From assembly GCA_041577295.1 (NCBI GenBank), contig JBFGJG010000005.1:32001-96000 (forward strand): DNA of 64,000 nucleotides. Reading direction: 5' to 3'. The translations under genes and the position numbers were made by a program. Below are positions 1-10,455 of the stretch, piece by piece; positions within the stretch are counted from its first letter, which is position 1, and each line of letters begins with the position of its first letter. Source of the stretch: Gemmatimonadales bacterium (GTDB taxonomy: Bacteria; Gemmatimonadota; Gemmatimonadetes; Gemmatimonadales; GWC2-71-9). The notes beneath the pieces are model-generated. The model made no database searches and was not told the origin of the DNA. It saw only the letters and a program-made list of their open reading frames with translations.

Positions 1-313
1 CGGCAACGCCATCCACGTGCCCTTGGACGAGATGGCCCCCAAACCGGTCGCCGGCCCTCATGGCGCGTTCAAGATTGACTTCCGTCCCGGTGCTGATGTC
101 GCCAAACAGGGTGCGCCCGCGCGTGGTCGCCACCGCGTGGACCTGAAACCAGCCTGGGCCCGTTTCCACCACGGTGAGACACGCGCCGTTGACCGCGACG
201 CTCTCGCCCAGCTCGAGATCGTCGTACGGTGCCGCGATCGTGATGGTGAGCCGATCACCATCGCGATCGAGTGCGGTCACCTTGCCGCGCGCGGTCACAA
301 TCCCGGTAAACAT
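1..313 (-). CDS. ribE: Riboflavin synthase alpha chain (3' end outside window)
   Basis: Read manually from ATG at 313: MFTGIVTARGKV...GESVAVNGACLTVV...VNLERAMRAGDRFGGHLVQGHVDG. The MFTG start and GGHxVxGHVD motif are diagnostic; it follows ribD. Confidence 0.95.
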   Translation of the reverse strand, partial: MFTGIVTARGKVTALDRDGDRLTITIAAPYDDLELGESVAVNGACLTVVETGPGWFQVHAVATTRGRTLFGDISTGTEVNLERAMRAGDRFGGHLVQGHVDGVA

Positions 314-1383
314 AGCTTTCGATCCACTACTAGTAATGTATCGTGACCCAGGATCCGCCGCTCCGTGACGGTCCACTGGACGGCCTCGTCGAGCGCCGTA
401 GCGGTCCGGGTGCCGAACGCCGGGACGCCGTCACCCAACCACAGGGGAGCCTGGATCCAATAGAGACGATCCACCAGCTCCGCGCTGAGTAATGCGCGCG
501 CGATGCCACCACCTCCCTCTACCAGCATAGATCGTACCTCGCGCTTGCGCAGCTCTCGGAGCGCCTCTACGAGAGTGTCAACGCCGATTACCACAGCCTC
601 CGTTCCCGCCAGCGTTTCGGCTGCGCGATCTCGTGTCTCCGGATCCGTAAAGACCACGGTGGGGACTTCGGCCGCGGTGCGCAGCACGTGGCGGGCGGGA
701 TCCAGGGACCCATTCCTCGCGAAGACGACCCGCGTGGCCGGAACGCGGGGACGCACTGCTCCGCGGGCGGTCAGCAGCGGATTGTCGATCTCGACCGTGC
801 GGCGACCCACGCCGATCGCGTCGAAGCCGGCCCGCAGCCAGTGGACATAGTCACGTCCTTCGGAACCAGAGATCCACTGCGAACGGCCCACCGAGTCGGC
901 CACGAAACCGTCGAGCGAGGCGGCGAGCTTGAGCGCGACGAACGGCCGTTCGTGACGCACCTGACTCCACAGGAAGGAGGCATTGAGCGCAGCGGCCTCG
1001 CGCTCCATCATGCCGATCTCCACCTCTACCCCGGCTTCCCGCAGCTTTTCCGCTCCCCCGCCGGCTTCGCGATGCGGATCACGAACGGCCATCACGACGT
1101 GTGCGACGCCCGCCGCAATGAGCGCCTCAACGCAGGGTGGCGTCTTGCCATGATGTGCGCACGGTTCGAGGTTCACGACGCAGGTACTGCCGCGCGCGCG
1201 GTCGCCCGCTGCGGCGAGCGCTGCGGCCTCCGCGTGCGGGCCACCAAACTCGAGGTGGGCCGCCTCAGCAATGAGCTCGCCGTCTCGCAGGAGTACCGCC
1301 CCCACGAGCGGATTGGGGGCGACGCGGCCCCATCCCCCGAGGGCCAACTCCAGGGCGCGCTTCATCGCTCCGCGTTCGGTCAT
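295..1383 (-). CDS. ribD: Bifunctional riboflavin deaminase/reductase RibD
   Basis: PNPLVGAV, HAE and LEPCAHHGKTPPC deaminase motifs; LKLAASLDG and LVEGGG reductase motifs. Start trimmed to ATG 1383. Confidence 0.95.
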   Translation of the reverse strand: MTERGAMKRALELALGGWGRVAPNPLVGAVLLRDGELIAEAAHLEFGGPHAEAAALAAAGDRARGSTCVVNLEPCAHHGKTPPCVEALIAAGVAHVVMAVRDPHREAGGGAEKLREAGVEVEIGMMEREAAALNASFLWSQVRHERPFVALKLAASLDGFVADSVGRSQWISGSEGRDYVHWLRAGFDAIGVGRRTVEIDNPLLTARGAVRPRVPATRVVFARNGSLDPARHVLRTAAEVPTVVFTDPETRDRAAETLAGTEAVVIGVDTLVEALRELRKREVRSMLVEGGGGIARALLSAELVDRLYWIQAPLWLGDGVPAFGTRTATALDEAVQWTVTERRILGHDTLLVVDRKLCLPGL

Positions 1384-1411
1384 GACGAAATGCTGGTTGT
1401 GCGGTGAGATG

Positions 1412-2443
1412 TCAGGCGGTGGGGAGTAGCTCCACGCCCCGTCCGTCCACCACCTCACCGACGATGAAAGTCTCCACTTGGGCGCGGGCGGCCAGTTGGC
1501 GGGTTTGGTCAGCATCCCGCGGCGAGACGGCCGCGATCATGCCGAGTCCCATGTTGAAGACCCGGTACATCTCGCCGCGCTCGACGTTACCGGCATCCTG
1601 AAGTATGCGGAAGAGGGGCGGGCATGGCCAGGAATCGGGGCGCACGACGGCCCCGCAGCCCGGGGGGAGCGAGCGCACGAGGTTGCCCGGTATCCCCCCG
1701 CCCGTGATGTGCGCGAGCGCGTGAATCCCATGTAGCGCGGGCGCGATGGCAGCGTAGTAGCTGCGATGGACCTGGAGGAGCGCGTCACCCACGTTGGCAT
1801 CCAGACCGGGGACCGGGCTGTCCACATCGAGTCCCATCTCGTCGAACAGGATGCGGCGGGCGAGCGTGTAGCCGTTGGTGTGGAGACCGTTCGACGCATA
1901 TCCAATCAGCACATCGCCGGTCTGTACGCGATCGCCGTGGAGCGCGTCTCGCTCCGCGACCACGCCGACGATGGTGCCTGCCAGATCGTACTGACCGGGG
2001 TGGTAGAGTTCCGGCAGTTGCGCCGTCTCCCCGCCCGAGAGGTTCATGTCGTGTGCGCGGCACCCCCGGGCAACCCCTTCGACGAGCGCCGCAACCACGC
2101 CCGTCTCAACGGCAGCGCCCGCGATGTAATCGAGGAAGGCAATTGGACGGGCACCGTGAACGAGAATGTCGTTCACACAATGATTGACGAGATCTTCGCC
2201 GACGGTGTCGTGGCGGTTGGCCCGTTGCGCGACCAGCACCTTCGTCCCGACGCCATCGGTGCTCATCACGAGGATGGGATCGGACACATCGTCCGGGACG
2301 CGCACCATCCCACCAAATCCACCCACGAGGCCACGGCTGAGGTCGTTATGCGTGGAGGCCACCAGCCGGGCGATCCGTTCCTTTGCCTGGGCGGCGGCGT
2401 CGAGATCGACGCCGGCAGCGCGGTAACGCTCTGCCGAAGTCAT
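1412..2443 (-). CDS. purM: Phosphoribosylformylglycinamidine cyclo-ligase
   Basis: YRAAGVD, STDGVGTK, HCVNDILVHGA, GGETAQLP, SNGLHTNG, AHITGGG and VFNMGLG motifs. Confidence 0.96.
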   Translation of the reverse strand: MTSAERYRAAGVDLDAAAQAKERIARLVASTHNDLSRGLVGGFGGMVRVPDDVSDPILVMSTDGVGTKVLVAQRANRHDTVGEDLVNHCVNDILVHGARPIAFLDYIAGAAVETGVVAALVEGVARGCRAHDMNLSGGETAQLPELYHPGQYDLAGTIVGVVAERDALHGDRVQTGDVLIGYASNGLHTNGYTLARRILFDEMGLDVDSPVPGLDANVGDALLQVHRSYYAAIAPALHGIHALAHITGGGIPGNLVRSLPPGCGAVVRPDSWPCPPLFRILQDAGNVERGEMYRVFNMGLGMIAAVSPRDADQTRQLAARAQVETFIVGEVVDGRGVELLPTA

Positions 2444-2456
2444 GGACCTCCGGTCA

Positions 2457-3389
2457 CTACACCTGCTCCATTTCCGCCGCCACGTCGAAGCGGACCAGAT
2501 CGGCAAAGGCCCGCACACGGCCAGTGACCTCCGCGGGCCCGATCTCGTCGAAGCGTTCGGTGGAGAAGCGCTCTACGGCAAACGACCCCATCGCTGAGCC
2601 GTAGACCATGGCGCGCCGGACGTTATCACCGGAGATATCGTCCGAGCGGGCGAGGTGCCCCATGAAACCGCCAGCGAACGCATCGCCCGCGCCGGTGGGG
2701 TCGAACACATCCTCGAGTGGGAAGGCCGGCATGTAGAAGATGCGGTCCCGCTCCACCAAGACCGCGCCGTAGACGCCCTGCTTGATGACGGCCATCTTGG
2801 GCCCGCGTTCGAGGATCCACCGGGCTGCCCGGTAGATGTTCCAGTCCCCTGACAGCTCACGGGCTTCACCATCGTTCACCATCAGCACATCGATGTGGCG
2901 TAGCAGCTCGATCAGCACGTCCCGCTTGCTATGAATCCAATAATTCATGGTGTCGCACGCTACGAGCTGTGGATTGTGGATCTGGTCCAGGACGCTCAGC
3001 TGCAGCGTGGGGTCGATGTTGCCGAGGAACACGTAGCTCGCATCGCGAAATTCTTTCGGAATGCGCGGCTCGAACTCCGCGAAGACACCCAGCCGCGTGT
3101 CGAGCGTCTCGCGACTCTGGAGATCGTAGGAGTACTTCCCTTTCCAGCGAAAGCTTTCGCCCTCTTCGCGCTTCACCCCACGGAGATCGACACCGCGTTC
3201 GGCGAGGCGGTCGAGCTGATCTTGCGGGAAATCCTGGCCCACCACACCCACCATTTGGACGGGATGAAGGAGGCTCGCGGCACAGCCGAAGAACACCGCA
3301 GACCCGCCGAGGGCGTCTGCGTTGGAGCCAAAGGGGGTTTGGACCGAGTCCAGCGCGATGCTACCGACGACCAAAAGTGACACGTTCAC
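2457..3389 (-). CDS. PfkB-family carbohydrate/nucleoside kinase
   Basis: LLVVGSIALD N-terminus, LGGSA and DPTGAGDAFAGG signature. GTG start at 3389 (or 3383) overlaps the argS stop. Confidence 0.9.
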   Translation of the reverse strand: MNVSLLVVGSIALDSVQTPFGSNADALGGSAVFFGCAASLLHPVQMVGVVGQDFPQDQLDRLAERGVDLRGVKREEGESFRWKGKYSYDLQSRETLDTRLGVFAEFEPRIPKEFRDASYVFLGNIDPTLQLSVLDQIHNPQLVACDTMNYWIHSKRDVLIELLRHIDVLMVNDGEARELSGDWNIYRAARWILERGPKMAVIKQGVYGAVLVERDRIFYMPAFPLEDVFDPTGAGDAFAGGFMGHLARSDDISGDNVRRAMVYGSAMGSFAVERFSTERFDEIGPAEVTGRVRAFADLVRFDVAAEMEQV

Positions 3390-5035
3390 ATTCGCTCCGG
3401 TGCAGTGATTCCCAAGAGATGCAAAGCATTGGCAAGCACAATCTGTACCCCCCGTGCCAGCGCGAGCCGAGCACGCTCGAGGCCCTTGCCCACGCCCAGA
3501 ACACGATGGCGATGGTACCAGCCGTTGACCAGTCGGGCGAGATCTTCCAGGTAGGCGATCACCCGGTGGGGTTCCAGCGCCTCTGCCGCCTTGGCCACGA
3601 CGGTCGGATAGACGCCCAACAGCTTGATCAGCTCGAGCTCCTCCGGCTCGGTAAGCAGCGCGAGATCGTTTTCGTCCGCCTCGATCGTGGCCGGGTCGAT
3701 CTCCGCGGTGCGGAAGATTCCAGCCATTCGGGTATGCGCGTACTGCACATAGTACACAGGATTCTCCTCGGATTGCGTGGTTGCTAGATCGATATCGAAG
3801 ACAAACTGTGCATCTCCACGCCGCATGAGAAAGAAGTATCGCGCCGCGTCGACACCGGTCTCCTGATACAATTCGCGCAGTGACACGAAGTCTCCGGCGC
3901 GCTTGGAGAACCTCACCTCCTCGCCGTGCCGCGTCACCCGCACGAGTTGCACGAGCACAACGTGGAAGAACTCCTTCGGCATGCCGAGTGCGACGAGCGC
4001 GGCACTCATTCGGGCAATGTACCCGTGGTGGTCCGCGCCCCACACATCGATGGCGAGGTCGAATCCGCGGCGTCGCTTGGTCCGGTGGTACGCGATATCG
4101 GGAAGGAAATAGGTGTAGGTCCCGTCGCTCTTTCGCAGCACGCGGTCCTTGGTGTCACCGTAGGTCGACGTCTTGAGCCACAGGGCGTCGTCGCGTTCGT
4201 ACGTCAGCTTTCGCGCCGCGAGCTCTGCGAGTGTTTCCTCGAGCAGCCCCTGTTCGTACAACGCCGTCTCCCGATAGTGCACGTCGAATTCGACACCAAA
4301 GTCCGCGAGATCACGATCCTGCTCCTCGCGTTGTTGTGCCACTGCGAATGCTCTGCAGCGCTCGAGAGCATCCGCCAGCGGGAGATCGGCGATCGCCGGC
4401 CCGTCGCGCGTGATGAGCTGCTGCGCGACCTCGATCAGATACTCCCCGTGGTAACCGCCGTCCGGAATTGGCGCGTCTCGTCCCACCTGTTGCTGCACCC
4501 GGGTCCACAGGGACTGTGCCAACCGGTCGATCTGCACGCCGGCGTCGTTGATGTAGAACTCACGCTCCACGGTGTGACCGGTTGCCTCGAGCAGTGACGC
4601 AATCGCATCACCGAGCGCGGCACCGCGACCGTGACCGACGTGGAGCGGTCCGGTGGGATTTGCCGAGACAAACTCGACGTTGACGCGTCGCCCGGCACCA
4701 GTTTGCGAACGCCCGAACGCGTCACCCGCGTCGAGGATGCGGCGCAGCACGTCGGTGACCGCGGTTTCGGTGAGCCGAAAGTTGATGAAGCCGGGTCCAG
4801 CGATCTCGATGGAAGCGATGAGGCCGTCCGGCGTGTCGAGCGCAGCGACGATCTCCTGAGCCAACTGGCGCGGGTTTCGTTTGAGGGGCTTTGCGAGCTG
4901 CAGCGCCACGTTCGTGGCGAGATCACCGTGCGACGGATCACGCGGGCGTTCCAACGACCATTCCGCATTGGGAACTCCCAAGCTGGCGACGACTCGCTGG
5001 ATCGCCGCGCGGAGCCAATCGGCTCCAGCGGTCAG
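3386..5035 (-). CDS. argS: Arginine--tRNA ligase (probable CTG start at 5035; TTG 4981 is the alternative)
   Basis: HGDLATNVA, VEFVSANPTGPLHVGHGR (HIGH-like), WGADHHGY, SKRAG, YYVQYAHTR and C-terminal APERM. Confidence 0.96.
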   Translation of the reverse strand: MTAGADWLRAAIQRVVASLGVPNAEWSLERPRDPSHGDLATNVALQLAKPLKRNPRQLAQEIVAALDTPDGLIASIEIAGPGFINFRLTETAVTDVLRRILDAGDAFGRSQTGAGRRVNVEFVSANPTGPLHVGHGRGAALGDAIASLLEATGHTVEREFYINDAGVQIDRLAQSLWTRVQQQVGRDAPIPDGGYHGEYLIEVAQQLITRDGPAIADLPLADALERCRAFAVAQQREEQDRDLADFGVEFDVHYRETALYEQGLLEETLAELAARKLTYERDDALWLKTSTYGDTKDRVLRKSDGTYTYFLPDIAYHRTKRRRGFDLAIDVWGADHHGYIARMSAALVALGMPKEFFHVVLVQLVRVTRHGEEVRFSKRAGDFVSLRELYQETGVDAARYFFLMRRGDAQFVFDIDLATTQSEENPVYYVQYAHTRMAGIFRTAEIDPATIEADENDLALLTEPEELELIKLLGVYPTVVAKAAEALEPHRVIAYLEDLARLVNGWYHRHRVLGVGKGLERARLALARGVQIVLANALHLLGITAPERM

Positions 5036-5331
5036 TGGTCGGCTCCGGGGGACTTGGGCGGTTTCTCGGAGGACTTTTTGTCCTTTTTCTTTTTTTCCTT
5101 CTTTTCCAACTTCTCCGATTCTCCCTTGCCCTCACCCTTTTCGTTCCCTTTGCGCTTGTAGTCGGTGATATAGAAGCCGGATCCCTTGAACACGAAGCCG
5201 GCACCACCGGTAATCACGCGTTCGCCGCGTGTGCCGCACTCGGGACACTTGGCGGCAGTCCGATCGGAGATCTTCTGAAACTTGTCGTAATCATGCCCGC
5301 AGCTCGGGCAGCGATATGCGTAAGTCGGCAT
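5032..5331 (-). CDS. FmdB-family zinc-ribbon protein with Lys/Glu-rich tail
   Basis: MPTYAYRCPSCGH...KCPECG...FVFKGSGFYITDY. Confidence 0.9.
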   Translation of the reverse strand: MPTYAYRCPSCGHDYDKFQKISDRTAAKCPECGTRGERVITGGAGFVFKGSGFYITDYKRKGNEKGEGKGESEKLEKKEKKKKDKKSSEKPPKSPGADH

Positions 5332-5365
5332 GGGGTAACGTTTCGCTAATTCCAACCAAACAGCG

Positions 5366-5395
5366 AACTTAGTCGCTTCGCGACGAGAGGGTCAA
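5366..5395 (-). promoter_or_regulatory. Putative sigma70-type promoter for the FmdB-argS-pfkB-purM-rib block
   Basis: TTGACC (5395-5390), 18-nt spacer, TAAGTT (5371-5366), in the only sizeable intergenic gap. Confidence 0.55.
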
Positions 5396-6951
5396 GCGGG
5401 GCGGTCGAACGTTCCCCACGCACGCCGCAGCACGTCGGCAATCTCACCGACGGTGGCGCGGGCCTTCACCGCGTCGAGAATGACGGGCATTAAATCGCCC
5501 TCGCCGCCGGCCACCTGCCCCAGATGCGCAACGGCCTGGCGGACCGGCTCGGAGGCGCGCTGTCTGCGGGCGTCCCGCACACGGCAGATCTGCTGTTCGG
5601 CGAGGGAGGTGTAATCGGGTGCCGGAATGGGCGCGGGTGTCCCGTCATCGGTGTACCGGTTGACCCCAACAACCACCGTGTCTTTCGACTCGATGGCGCG
5701 CTGATGCTCGAAGGCTGCCTTGGCGATGGCGTCCTGGAAGTAGCCTCGCTCGATTGCCCGCGCGGCGCCGCCCAATGTCTCGACCTGCCCGAGCAACACC
5801 TTGGCACCCTGTTCGATCCTGGTCGTCAGGTGCTCGACATAGTGGGAGCCGCCCAAGGGATCGGCGGTGTTGGTCACGCCCGACTCGCTCGCCAGAATCT
5901 GTTGGGTGCGCAGCGCGAGCTTGGCCGCGTCGGCAGACGGCAGGGCCAGCGCTTCGTCGTAGCTGTTGGTGTGTAGCGACTGCGTTCCTCCGAGGACGGC
6001 AGCCAGTGCCTGGATCGCAACCCGAACCACGTTGTTGAGCGGCTGCTGCGCAGTGAGCGTGGACCCGCCAGTTTGGGTATGGAACCGCAGCCGGCAGCTC
6101 GCGTCGCTGGCATCGTACCGGCCGCGCATGAGCGTCGCCCACAGGCGGCGGGCAGCACGGAACTTCGCGACCTCTTCGAGCAGATCGTTGTGCGCCGCGA
6201 AGAAGAACGAAACTCGCGTGCCCAGATCGTTCATATCCAAGCCCACGCGCTGCGCTCGGTCGAGGTACTCGAGGGCATTGGCGAACGTGAACGCCACTTC
6301 CTGCACCGCAGTGGCACCAGCCTCCCGCATGTGGTACCCGCTAACCGAGATGGGGTTGAAGTTCATTCCCTCGCGTGCGACGAAACGGAACGTATCGGTC
6401 ACGAGGCGGAGAGATGGCTCCACGGGATAGATGTACGTACCACGCGCGATGTACTCCTTGAGCACGTCGTTTTGGATCGTGCCGCGGAGCTTGGTCCGTG
6501 GAATGCCACGCTCTTCTGCGACGACCACGTACATGGCAAGCAGGATCGCTGCCGTGGCGTTGATGGTCATGGACGTTGAAACCTGATCCAACGGAATGCC
6601 GTCGAAGACGCGCGCGAGGTCGTCAACCGTGTCGATCGCCACCCCGGCCCTGCCCACCTCGCCTTCGGCGATGTCGGCGTCCGAGTCGTATCCCATCTGC
6701 GTTGGCAAATCAAACGCGACCGATAGCCCGGTCTGGCCGGCGGTGAGCAGCTGGCGGAACCGTTGATTGGTCTGCTCGGCGGTGCCAAAGCCGGCGTACT
6801 GCCGCATGGTCCACAAGCGACCTCGGTACATCGTGGGGTAGATGCCACGCGTGAACGGAAACTCGCCCGGCGGTTCCCGCTGGGTGTTGACGCCGGACTG
6901 ATAAATGGGGTCGATGAGGAACCCCGAAGGGGAGCGGACGTCCTTACTCAC
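5392..6951 (-). CDS. Methylmalonyl-CoA mutase, N-terminal substrate-binding subunit (split enzyme)
   Basis: [57 protein letters not shown] and [14 protein letters not shown]. No C-terminal DxHxxG B12-binding domain. Confidence 0.93.
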   Translation of the reverse strand: MSKDVRSPSGFLIDPIYQSGVNTQREPPGEFPFTRGIYPTMYRGRLWTMRQYAGFGTAEQTNQRFRQLLTAGQTGLSVAFDLPTQMGYDSDADIAEGEVGRAGVAIDTVDDLARVFDGIPLDQVSTSMTINATAAILLAMYVVVAEERGIPRTKLRGTIQNDVLKEYIARGTYIYPVEPSLRLVTDTFRFVAREGMNFNPISVSGYHMREAGATAVQEVAFTFANALEYLDRAQRVGLDMNDLGTRVSFFFAAHNDLLEEVAKFRAARRLWATLMRGRYDASDASCRLRFHTQTGGSTLTAQQPLNNVVRVAIQALAAVLGGTQSLHTNSYDEALALPSADAAKLALRTQQILASESGVTNTADPLGGSHYVEHLTTRIEQGAKVLLGQVETLGGAARAIERGYFQDAIAKAAFEHQRAIESKDTVVVGVNRYTDDGTPAPIPAPDYTSLAEQQICRVRDARRQRASEPVRQAVAHLGQVAGGEGDLMPVILDAVKARATVGEIADVLRRAWGTFDRPA

Positions 6952-7964
6952 GCCACTCCGGCCCCGACACTTCCCAAGGTGCGCTCGACAAACGCCACGT
7001 CGTCTTTGCTCCCGATCACGAGGGGCGTGCGCTGGTGAAGCTCGGTGGGCTCGATATCGAGGATGGGCGTTTGTCCATCGGAGGCCGATCCGCCGGCCTG
7101 TTCCGCAATGTACGCCAACGGCGCTGCCTCATACAGCAAGCGCAGCTTGCCTTTCGGCGCCTTGCTATCTGCGGGGTACATGAACACTCCACCGCCGAGG
7201 AGGTTGCGGTGGAAGTCGGCAACGAGCGATCCGATGTAGCGCGCGTTTTTCGTATACGGCGTCGGGCCGGCGCCTTTGAACGACTGCACCACACGTCGGT
7301 AACCCTCGTTCCACCGGTTCCAGTAGCTCTCGTTGATGCTGTAGTATGCGCCAACAGGGGGAGTTTTGATGTCGGCGTTGTAGACTCGAAACTCGCCAAT
7401 GGTCGGATCGAGGGTGAATCCGTGTACCCCTCGACCAGACGAGTACACCAAAACCGTGCTCGAACCGTAGATGACGTAGCCCGCCGCGACCTGGGTGCGT
7501 CCGGGTTGCAAGCAGTCCTTCAACGTTCCCGGCCCACTTTTGGTCACTCGGCGATGGATCGAGAAGATCGTGCCGATCGAGACGTTGACGTCGATGTTGG
7601 AGGAACCATCGAGTGGATCGTAGATCAACGCATACTTCCCTGGGCGCCGCTCTTCGGGAACGGGCACCGGATCGGGGTCTTCCTCAGACGCCATAACGCA
7701 CACTCGACCGGTGTGCGCGAAGGCGCTTTTCATGGTTTCGTTGGCGATGACGTCGAGCTTTTGTTGCTGTTCGCCCTGGACGTTCATCTTGCCTGCCGCG
7801 CCCAGAATGTCCACCAGACCGGCTCGGCGCACATACCCGGAGATGACCTTCGCGGCGAGGGCTATGTCGTAGAGCAGATTGGTAAGCTCACCGGTTGCGG
7901 CAGGATACAGCCGCTCCTGCTCCATGATGAATCGCTCGATGGTAACCAGGGACGAAGCAGACAC
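6948..7964 (-). CDS. fbp: Fructose-1,6-bisphosphatase class 1
   Basis: [48 protein letters not shown] and [11 protein letters not shown]. Confidence 0.97.
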   Translation of the reverse strand: MSASSLVTIERFIMEQERLYPAATGELTNLLYDIALAAKVISGYVRRAGLVDILGAAGKMNVQGEQQQKLDVIANETMKSAFAHTGRVCVMASEEDPDPVPVPEERRPGKYALIYDPLDGSSNIDVNVSIGTIFSIHRRVTKSGPGTLKDCLQPGRTQVAAGYVIYGSSTVLVYSSGRGVHGFTLDPTIGEFRVYNADIKTPPVGAYYSINESYWNRWNEGYRRVVQSFKGAGPTPYTKNARYIGSLVADFHRNLLGGGVFMYPADSKAPKGKLRLLYEAAPLAYIAEQAGGSASDGQTPILDIEPTELHQRTPLVIGSKDDVAFVERTLGSVGAGVA

Positions 7965-10168
7965 CGCAGTCTCTCCACGGGCGTGAGGACGGAACGCTGT
8001 TCTACCTGAAGATAGCGCCCGTCGGAGCGGATCGTCACCGTACCGCCCTCATCCGTGCGGTAGATCGGTATGCCCCGGCCGCGCAAACGTGCGACTACCT
8101 CTGGCGACGGATGACCAAAGCGGTTACGACCAACACTGATCACCGCGATCCGGGGACGAACGAAATCGAGCCACTCGGCACCGGTCCCTCCCCGCGAGCC
8201 GTGATGGCCCACCTTGAGCACCTCGATATGGTCGTCGCCACGCGCCCAGGTCTTTACCAAGAGCGACTCGGCCGGCGCCCCGACGTCACCCGTCAGGACG
8301 GCGTCGAAGCAGCCGTACGACAGTCGCACAACGATCGAGTTTTCGTTGGCTTTCACCCGACGGTCGAGCCACCAGTCGGTTGGATGCAGCACCTCAAAGT
8401 GCACGGAGTCGATGACGAGACGGTCCCCCGCGCGCGCTGCGCGCCAGCGGATGCCAGCGCGATCGACCGCGGCCAAATACTCGAGATAGAGATCCGTCCC
8501 GAGCGGTTGACCCGGCTCGAGGACTAGACCAGGGTCGAACGCCTGCACGACGGCGGGGATTCCGCCCAAATGGTCCGCATCGCCATGGGAGACGATGGCC
8601 GCAGCTATGTGGCGCGCACCGCGGCGCCTGAGAAACGGAAGCACCACCCGCTCGCCCGCGTCGTAACCCGGCGTCCGCGGCCCACCATCTACCACTACCC
8701 ACTGTCCCTTGGGCGTGCGTACTGCGATTGCATCGCCCTGACCGACATCCAGCACAAAGATCGTGAGATCGGTGGTAGCGCCCCTCGACCCGGTCACCCA
8801 AGCAAGCGTTGCCCAGCTCGTGACGGCACAGGCCGCGGCAACGCGACGGATCGCGATTGGCCACCGGGGGCGCGATCTGGCGAGCCAGATGAGAAGCACC
8901 AACGCAGCTGCCCACGGAGCCGCGTACCTGAGACCGGGCGTTCCGTTCAGGTGCCCGGCTGGAACCGTCGCGGCGAGGGTCGCGGCGTACTCGATCCCGG
9001 CGAGGGTAAGCCCCGCACCACCGGCCAGAAGCGAGCCCAACACGAGGCTCGCAAAGACGCCGGGAACCGCCAACCCTGCCAAGGGAACGGCGACGAGATT
9101 CGTGAGGACCCCGACTGGTGCCACCGTGCCGAACGCGAAGGCAGTGATGGGCGCGGTGAATAGCGTGGCACCGACCGACGCAGTAAAGAGCCTTACTGGC
9201 GCGAGCCGGCGGGCGACCCTCCCGACAATTTGCGTGGCGTGGTGGGTTCCCCAGACCGCCGCGACCGAGAGCCAAGCGCCCACGGCTATGGCCGCGCCGG
9301 GATCGATCAAGAGCACCCCAAACACAGCTACCGAGATGACCACGGGGAACGGGGGATTTCGTCCGCGTGCACGGGCCATCCCATAGAGAGTCACGAACCA
9401 CGCAGCACGATTCGCCGACGGGGGAAACCCCAGCAGGGCGACGTACACCCACGTCACCGCGGCGCTCCCAATCCACGCCACGCGTCTCAACCCCACGAGC
9501 CGGAAGAGCAGCTGCAGCCACCCCGCAATCAGTCCTACGTGGAGCCCCGAGATGGCCAAGAGGTGAGCAACGCCACCGTCGATGAAGCGCCGGCGAATGT
9601 CGGGCTCGATGTCGTGGCGGCGTCCGAGAACGAGGGCCTCGACCAAACCCGCGCGCCGTCCATAGAGCGAGCGTATGCGTTGTGCCACGACGTCGCGGAC
9701 GACAAAGCGTAGTGGGCGGGGGCGTTCCAGCACCCGCAGGTGGCGCACGCGGAGTACCCCACGGGTGTGGTACCGGCCAACCACGACCGCGGTGGCCCCG
9801 GCCGGAAGGGTGACGTCCGGTACCCGTAGCCAAACGCGACCATCGCATCGCACCGTGGAGAGGACGGTGGCATCCGTGGCGCCACGGGGGCCGGGCCGAT
9901 CGTGGATCATCACCGTCGCGGTGCGCGGTCCGGCTTCCCAGCGTGCGTGACACGTTCGCCGCGTCTCCGCGGCGTGCTGTACGCCGATCGAGGCGCCCAG
10001 CGCGACTGCGCAGGCGCACGCGACGCTTCCGCGGCGGATGCGCCGAAAGACAACCGCAATCAGGGGAAAGAGAGCGAGGAGGGAAAGGGGATTACCCGCT
10101 GCTGCCAACTGCCCTGCCCAAACGCCCGTCGCGCACGCCACCGATAACCGCACGATCGGTGGCGTCAC
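7862..10168 (-). CDS. comEC: DNA internalization competence protein ComEC/Rec2
   Basis: [11 protein letters not shown] competence motif, multiple TM segments, and a metallo-beta-lactamase domain ([34 protein letters not shown]). Confidence 0.93.
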   Translation of the reverse strand: MTPPIVRLSVACATGVWAGQLAAAGNPLSLLALFPLIAVVFRRIRRGSVACACAVALGASIGVQHAAETRRTCHARWEAGPRTATVMIHDRPGPRGATDATVLSTVRCDGRVWLRVPDVTLPAGATAVVVGRYHTRGVLRVRHLRVLERPRPLRFVVRDVVAQRIRSLYGRRAGLVEALVLGRRHDIEPDIRRRFIDGGVAHLLAISGLHVGLIAGWLQLLFRLVGLRRVAWIGSAAVTWVYVALLGFPPSANRAAWFVTLYGMARARGRNPPFPVVISVAVFGVLLIDPGAAIAVGAWLSVAAVWGTHHATQIVGRVARRLAPVRLFTASVGATLFTAPITAFAFGTVAPVGVLTNLVAVPLAGLAVPGVFASLVLGSLLAGGAGLTLAGIEYAATLAATVPAGHLNGTPGLRYAAPWAAALVLLIWLARSRPRWPIAIRRVAAACAVTSWATLAWVTGSRGATTDLTIFVLDVGQGDAIAVRTPKGQWVVVDGGPRTPGYDAGERVVLPFLRRRGARHIAAAIVSHGDADHLGGIPAVVQAFDPGLVLEPGQPLGTDLYLEYLAAVDRAGIRWRAARAGDRLVIDSVHFEVLHPTDWWLDRRVKANENSIVVRLSYGCFDAVLTGDVGAPAESLLVKTWARGDDHIEVLKVGHHGSRGGTGAEWLDFVRPRIAVISVGRNRFGHPSPEVVARLRGRGIPIYRTDEGGTVTIRSDGRYLQVEQRSVLTPVERLRCLLRPWLPSSDSSWSRSGCILPQPVSLPICSTT

Positions 10169-10179
10169 GGCTCACTGCG

Positions 10180-10455
10180 CTAAGGCTTCTGGTGGAACTC
10201 CGGTCTGGGACCTGCTTGCACGCGGCGAATGCCGTCCATCAGCGCGATCGCGACATCCGCGCGCTGCTGATCGCTCTCCATGGCGACGCTGGTGATGATC
10301 TCTCCGGACCGTTGCGCGACATAATGCGGCTTGAGCCGGTTGAGCGCAAAGACGAGCACGTCGTCGCGGCAGACGGAGCATGCGCAAAAGTTCGGAACGC
10401 TCTGCACGATCCGGTCGTATTCCCTGGCGACAAAACTCTCCAATACGTTGATCAC
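10180..10455 (-). CDS. ComFB-family protein
   Basis: INVLESFV...FCACSVCRDDVLVFALNRLKPHYV...VQAGPR matches the ComFB pattern (CxCxxCxxDxxAxALNxLxPxY). GTG at 10455 overlaps the miaB stop. Confidence 0.85.
   Translation of the reverse strand: MINVLESFVAREYDRIVQSVPNFCACSVCRDDVLVFALNRLKPHYVAQRSGEIITSVAMESDQQRADVAIALMDGIRRVQAGPRPEFHQKP

Noticed and set aside
1384..1411. FMN riboswitch upstream of ribD
   Set aside because: The gap is only 28 bp, with no RFN motif.
5040..5160. Pyrimidine-rich low-complexity tract as terminator or repeat
   Set aside because: Explained by the Lys/Glu-rich tail of the FmdB-like protein.
8394..10019. 541-aa alternative-frame ORF within comEC
   Set aside because: Arg/Pro/Gly-rich off-frame artefact.
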